From NCBI GenBank assembly GCA_965277715.1, contig OZ255836.1, positions 3,584,001 to 3,648,000 of the forward strand: a stretch of 64,000 nucleotides of DNA, in the 5' to 3' direction. The translations under genes and the position numbers were made by a program. Shown piece after piece: positions 59,793 through 64,000 of this stretch (position 1 is the first letter of the stretch; each line of letters opens with the position of its first letter). Below the pieces are notes generated by a model. That model saw only the letters and a list, made by a program, of their open reading frames with translations. It was not told the origin of the DNA and did no database searches. Source of the stretch: Gammaproteobacteria bacterium (GTDB lineage: Bacteria; Pseudomonadota; Gammaproteobacteria; JBCCGL01).

Positions 59793-62051
59793 TTAATAAT
59801 CGATAGCGGGGTTCTCCTTAATAATTTGCGGGGTAATGAAAACCAGCAGCTCGGTTTTATTATCTGTGTTGGACTTGTTTTCAAACAACCGACCAACCAG
59901 AGGCAGGTCGGCAAAAAAGGGCACACGGGTGATTGTGCTGCTAATAGTTTGTTCGTAGATACCACCGAGCACCAGCGTTTCACCATTATCCACCAGTACT
60001 TGGGTCGTTACTTCACGTGTGTCAATGCTCGGCACCTGCACACCATTGCCAGGGCTGAATAGTTGACCAACAGTATCCCGGGTTACCACCAGATCCATAA
60101 TGACCCGGGAGTCCGGTGTAATTTGTGGCGTCACCTCAAGTGACAGAACAGCGTTGCGAAAAGAAACCGTAGCAGCACCGCTGGATGACGCTTCCAAAAA
60201 CGGGATTTCGACGCCCTGTTCAATCTTGGCGGTGCTTTGACTGGTGGTGATCAGGCGTGGGCTGGAGATAATTTCACCCCGGGTTTCCGCCTGCATTGCC
60301 GATAGCTCCAGTTCCAGTAGGGTGCCGAAGGGGAGCTTCGCCAGGGCCAGGGCAATCGAGGAGGAGCCTGTCGGTGCGGGGAGGTTGACATTAAACCGTT
60401 CCGTGCCAAGTGTCGTAGCGTTATTAAGGAGGTTAGTGATGCCTAGTTGACTCCCCGAGGTGATAATGCCTTCACTGTTATTGGTGGTGTCCCGACTAAC
60501 GCCAAAACGTACACCAATGTCTTTGGTGAAGCCGTCGTTGGCAACGACGATGCGCGCCTCGATAAGTACCTGTTGCACGGGAATATCCAAGCGGTGAATC
60601 AGGCGGCGCGCCTCGGAGAGTTTACCGTCGATATCATGGATGAGTAAGGTGTTGGTGCGGTCATCTACGGATACGCTGCCTCGCTCAGATAAAACGCCGC
60701 CGCCCTCGGTTTGCAGAATAGCGGCCAGATTACTGGCTTTCGCATAGTTGATTTGCATAAATTCTGTGTTGAGTGGCGCCAGTTCCTCGACTTGTTGCTG
60801 GGCTTCCAGCTCAACGCGCTCGCGTGCGGCAATTTCTTCTGTGGGGGCAACCAGCAATACGTTGCCATTATCCCGTTTGCCCAGTGATTTGGTTTTCAGA
60901 ATAATATCGAGTGCCTGATCCCACGGCACATTTTTTAAACGCAAGGTCAATTTGCCGGTAACGGTGTCACTGACGACGATATTCAAATTGGTGAAATCGG
61001 CCAATAACTGCAGCACGGAGCGCACTTCGATGTCCTGAAAATTGAGGGACAGGCGTTCACCGGTATAGCCAAACCGCTCTTTTATCTGCTCGTTCAGTTC
61101 CTCTTCCGCAATCGGTTTTAGTTCGACAGTGAAAATATTGTCTGATTGGTAGGCAAGCTGTTCAAAGTCACGTGATACAGGCTCAATAACGATGCGGATA
61201 TTGCCATCATTTTTAAAGGTATCGACATAGCGGATGGGGGTGGCGAAGTCGAGCACATCGAGTCGGCGAACCAGCGCATCGGCAATATCTGCTGCGAGAA
61301 AATCGACGACAATATTATCACCTGATTGGCTAATATCGACGGGTATACCCATTTCAGATAATGCGAATATTACTCTGCCTTCACCGTTTGGCCCACGGCG
61401 AAAGTCGATATTGGTTACTGCCCGCCCCACTGGAGTGATCTCAGCGAGCGCCGGGTTTGATGAGAGCAGCCCTGGTGCACTTTCTGGTGCGGCTGAACCG
61501 GCGACTGGGTTTGGCGTTGTGGTTACCGCTTCGGTAGTACTCGTTCCGACGATGCTCGTCAATGCCACGTCTTGTGTGTCTAAAGTGATATATACCACGT
61601 TGCCATCGACCTGTGTTTCGTAGGGGACCAGATTGCTGAGGTTGATGACGACACGGGTACGGCCACCCGATTCCACGGTGTTGATTGTGCGGGCAATGCC
61701 CACGCCTACGGGCACTACCCGTTCGGCCAGATTATTGCGGGTGTTGGCCAAATCGAGTGCGATACGTGCAGGGTTTTCAATGGTGAAGCCACTCGGCTTT
61801 TCGGCGGGTTCGGACAACTGCAGGGTAATTTGTAGGCGATTGCCGGGGAGTGTGCTGTAGTTGATCGCATCCAGGCTATTTGCGGCAATACTTGAAAACG
61901 GCAGTAGTAGGCCAAGTGTAAGGCACCATACCATAACAGAGTGTTTCAGCTTGACAGGTGTCCTGGAAAGAGGAGGCCACTTGGTGGTCTGTTGGTATGC
62001 CGCTGCTAAAGCAGGGCGTTTTTTGTTATTCATTCTAGTATTTCGCCACAT
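59793..62051 (-). CDS. pilQ: Type IV pilus secretin PilQ
   Basis: AMIN domains, YTGERLSLNFQDIEVR, VPWDQAL, QVLIEARIV, ELLVFITP. The start may be a few codons downstream. Confidence 0.95.
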   Translation of the reverse strand: MWRNTRMNNKKRPALAAAYQQTTKWPPLSRTPVKLKHSVMVWCLTLGLLLPFSSIAANSLDAINYSTLPGNRLQITLQLSEPAEKPSGFTIENPARIALDLANTRNNLAERVVPVGVGIARTINTVESGGRTRVVINLSNLVPYETQVDGNVVYITLDTQDVALTSIVGTSTTEAVTTTPNPVAGSAAPESAPGLLSSNPALAEITPVGRAVTNIDFRRGPNGEGRVIFALSEMGIPVDISQSGDNIVVDFLAADIADALVRRLDVLDFATPIRYVDTFKNDGNIRIVIEPVSRDFEQLAYQSDNIFTVELKPIAEEELNEQIKERFGYTGERLSLNFQDIEVRSVLQLLADFTNLNIVVSDTVTGKLTLRLKNVPWDQALDIILKTKSLGKRDNGNVLLVAPTEEIAARERVELEAQQQVEELAPLNTEFMQINYAKASNLAAILQTEGGGVLSERGSVSVDDRTNTLLIHDIDGKLSEARRLIHRLDIPVQQVLIEARIVVANDGFTKDIGVRFGVSRDTTNNSEGIITSGSQLGITNLLNNATTLGTERFNVNLPAPTGSSSIALALAKLPFGTLLELELSAMQAETRGEIISSPRLITTSQSTAKIEQGVEIPFLEASSSGAATVSFRNAVLSLEVTPQITPDSRVIMDLVVTRDTVGQLFSPGNGVQVPSIDTREVTTQVLVDNGETLVLGGIYEQTISSTITRVPFFADLPLVGRLFENKSNTDNKTELLVFITPQIIKENPAIDY

Positions 62052-62644
62052 TACTGGTCTCCCAGAGAAATGGATACGGCCCGGTTTACCCAGTTTCCCT
62101 GACTATCAGGGATAAGTTCATTAATACTGATCTTTGTTTCGTTGACGTCGATAATTTTTCCATCGTTTTCACCGGCATAGCTACCCGCCTGCACGCGGTG
62201 AATAGTGCCGTTGGGGTCTTGTACTAATCCCCAGATAGTATTGTCTTGTTCCAGTGCGCCGACCATTTTCAATGAATCCAGCGAGAATGCTTCGAGCGGT
62301 TCGCGCCGACGTTGTTGATCGGGTAGTGGGCTTGCTGATGGCAGAGTTTCCTCAATAGCCTGCTCGGCGACGAAGGGGTCACTTACCAATGAGGCATCGT
62401 AGGTAAACGACTGATAGGACACAATTTCGGGTAGCGGTTCGACTTCACCCAAGTGTTTCTTCTTTATTTGTGCCACGTATTGTTCAAGGTCACTGATATC
62501 ATTTGAGCAGCCGCTTAACCCTGTGATGGTAATTGCTACAATGATCGCCAGGGAGAGACTAAGGGCGCCTCTATCTTCAGCACTATTTTTAGCCGTATCC
62601 TTGAGTGGCGCCATTTTTTCGCCTTTGACATGTATAACCGACAT
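62051..62644 (-). CDS. pilP: Type IV pilus lipoprotein PilP
   Basis: Lipobox LSGC, DPF, REPLEAFSLDSLKMVG. Confidence 0.92.
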   Translation of the reverse strand: MSVIHVKGEKMAPLKDTAKNSAEDRGALSLSLAIIVAITITGLSGCSNDISDLEQYVAQIKKKHLGEVEPLPEIVSYQSFTYDASLVSDPFVAEQAIEETLPSASPLPDQQRRREPLEAFSLDSLKMVGALEQDNTIWGLVQDPNGTIHRVQAGSYAGENDGKIIDVNETKISINELIPDSQGNWVNRAVSISLGDQ

Positions 62645-63255
62645 TAACCGCCTCCCTCTTCCAGATAGCGATAGGTGGTTGCCGTCAAGCTCATTTGCAA
62701 ACGGCCAGATGAATCGTCCAGGGGCGTTATCATAATGTCATGCAATGTGACGATACGCGGTAATGCCGCCAAGCCACTGACAAAATTGCCAAACTGATGG
62801 TAGTTGCCACTGACATTCAATGTGATGGGGTATTTCGCATAGAATTCTTCATGTATCTCATCTTCGGGTTTGAAAGACTGAACCTCCAGCCCTGCAGCGA
62901 TACTGGTTTGTGACAGGTCAATCAGCAGGTTTTCGATATCAATTTTGTCGGGTAGCTGGCGCAACATCACGCCGAATGAACGCGTCATTTCGTTGAGTTG
63001 GTTACGGTAGGCGTCCAGGTTGGCGGCTTTTTTCTGTTCGTTGTTAAGTGTTGTGCGCAGTTGCGCCTCACGCTTTTCCAGGGCGGTTAGCTGGTTGTAT
63101 GCGGGCAATGAAAATAACCACACACCCAGGCCCAATAACAGCAGCATCGATATTGTGATAAGCGCTATGCGTACACCCAGTGGTGCGCTGCCGACTCTGG
63201 CGAGGTCGTCGGTGTCCAGTGACTGTAAGTCTTCAAAGGCTTGTTGAATATCCAT
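62644..63255 (-). CDS. pilO: Type IV pilus protein PilO
   Basis: LRQLP, GNYHQFGNFVSGLAALPRIVTL, ATTYRY. Confidence 0.93.
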   Translation of the reverse strand: MDIQQAFEDLQSLDTDDLARVGSAPLGVRIALITISMLLLLGLGVWLFSLPAYNQLTALEKREAQLRTTLNNEQKKAANLDAYRNQLNEMTRSFGVMLRQLPDKIDIENLLIDLSQTSIAAGLEVQSFKPEDEIHEEFYAKYPITLNVSGNYHQFGNFVSGLAALPRIVTLHDIMITPLDDSSGRLQMSLTATTYRYLEEGGG

Positions 63256-63257
63256 CG

Positions 63258-63818
63258 TTATTGTGCCTGCTTACTGATTTGTGGATTGGCTTGTTCTAAT
63301 TGGAGTGTAAATGAGCTAACGCTTTTGTCTGCGTTGGCCTCGATAATATCCAGCCGGGGTTCGGTAAACCACTCGGAGTTGTGCAGGTTGCGCATAAATG
63401 CGGATACACGCGAATTGGATTCAGCTTTGCCCTGCAGCGTAATCGTGTCCTGCTGTTGCTCGATAGCGGTGAGTTTGACACCTTCTGGCAGGGCATTGGC
63501 GAGTTCATAGAATACATGCACAACTTGTGGTCGGCGCGTTTGTAGCTGCTGAATGATTTCGGTGCGCGCCAATAGCTGTTGTTTGGTATTTTCCAGCTCG
63601 CCGATCTCGATCAGTTCCGCTTTCAGCCGGTCGATCTCCACTTGCAGGTATTGATTGCGACGGTTTTGATAGTCAATCTGGCCGTCTATGAAAAACACGG
63701 TATAAAATACGATGGAGCCTACTAATACTGCACCTAAAAATAGCTGTTGGGTAAAGGCTTTCGTTTTGCGTTGGCGTTCCTCGTCACGCCACGGCAGCAG
63801 GTTGATTTTGGTTGACAT
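63258..63818 (-). CDS. pilN: Type IV pilus protein PilN
   Basis: INLLPWR, LQGKAESNSRVSAFMRNL. Confidence 0.94.
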   Translation of the reverse strand: MSTKINLLPWRDEERQRKTKAFTQQLFLGAVLVGSIVFYTVFFIDGQIDYQNRRNQYLQVEIDRLKAELIEIGELENTKQQLLARTEIIQQLQTRRPQVVHVFYELANALPEGVKLTAIEQQQDTITLQGKAESNSRVSAFMRNLHNSEWFTEPRLDIIEANADKSVSSFTLQLEQANPQISKQAQ

Positions 63819-64000
63819 CAGTCGAATCTCCGCAATGCCAATCCGGCGGCAAGCATCAGCGACGGTGCGTCGGTGTATAGTCGCTGGCGCTGGACATTAG
63901 ATGCCAGTTGCATATTTGCAAATGGATTGACAATGCTGGTACGGGTGCCAATGTGTGCCTGAATAAATTCATCGATGCCGGGTATCATCGCATTGCCGCC
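63818..64000 (-). CDS. pilM: Type IV pilus protein PilM, C-terminal part (runs off window)
   Basis: GGNAMIPGIDE...NPFANM...DAPSLMLAAGLALRRFD*; TGA overlaps the pilN ATG. Confidence 0.9.
   Translation of the reverse strand, partial: GGNAMIPGIDEFIQAHIGTRTSIVNPFANMQLASNVQRQRLYTDAPSLMLAAGLALRRFD

Overview
64 kb of a marine-type gammaproteobacterial chromosome, judged from the rhlB-trxA-rho and pilMNOPQ-aroK-aroB-damX-gltB synteny. Left end (1-13.7 kb): an AT-rich surface polysaccharide locus with an AsnB-type amidotransferase, a methyltransferase, GT4 enzymes, L-FucNAc genes (fnlABC-wbuB-wbuC type) and dTDP-rhamnose genes rfbBDAC. Next come a soeABC sulfite dehydrogenase operon, an NCS2 purine permease bracketed by ~60 bp direct repeats, trhP, rhlB, trxA, rho, a large MscS and purD. 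The accessory middle holds a Crp/Fnr regulator, an IS remnant, a PRTase, EamA transporters, a Tmm-type flavin monooxygenase, MmgE/PrpD, PhyH, GNAT, a TAXI-TRAP transporter, a YyaL-like protein, vapBC and an MttB-family methyltransferase. The window ends with rsmE, dnaG, gltB, damX-like, aroB, aroK and pilQPONM. The most striking signal not explained by ORFs is the purD-crp intergenic region. It carries two paralogous minus-strand arrays of regularly spaced GGA-loop hairpins with a compensatory stem change, i.e. a probable tandem pair of unannotated CsrA/RsmA-sponge sRNAs. Several gene remnants (M16 protease, DJ-1/PfpI, transposase, methyltransferase, lipoprotein) and broken conserved operons (no gltD, purH or rpoD next to their usual partners) were also seen. 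All family calls come from motif recognition by eye; no database searches were run.
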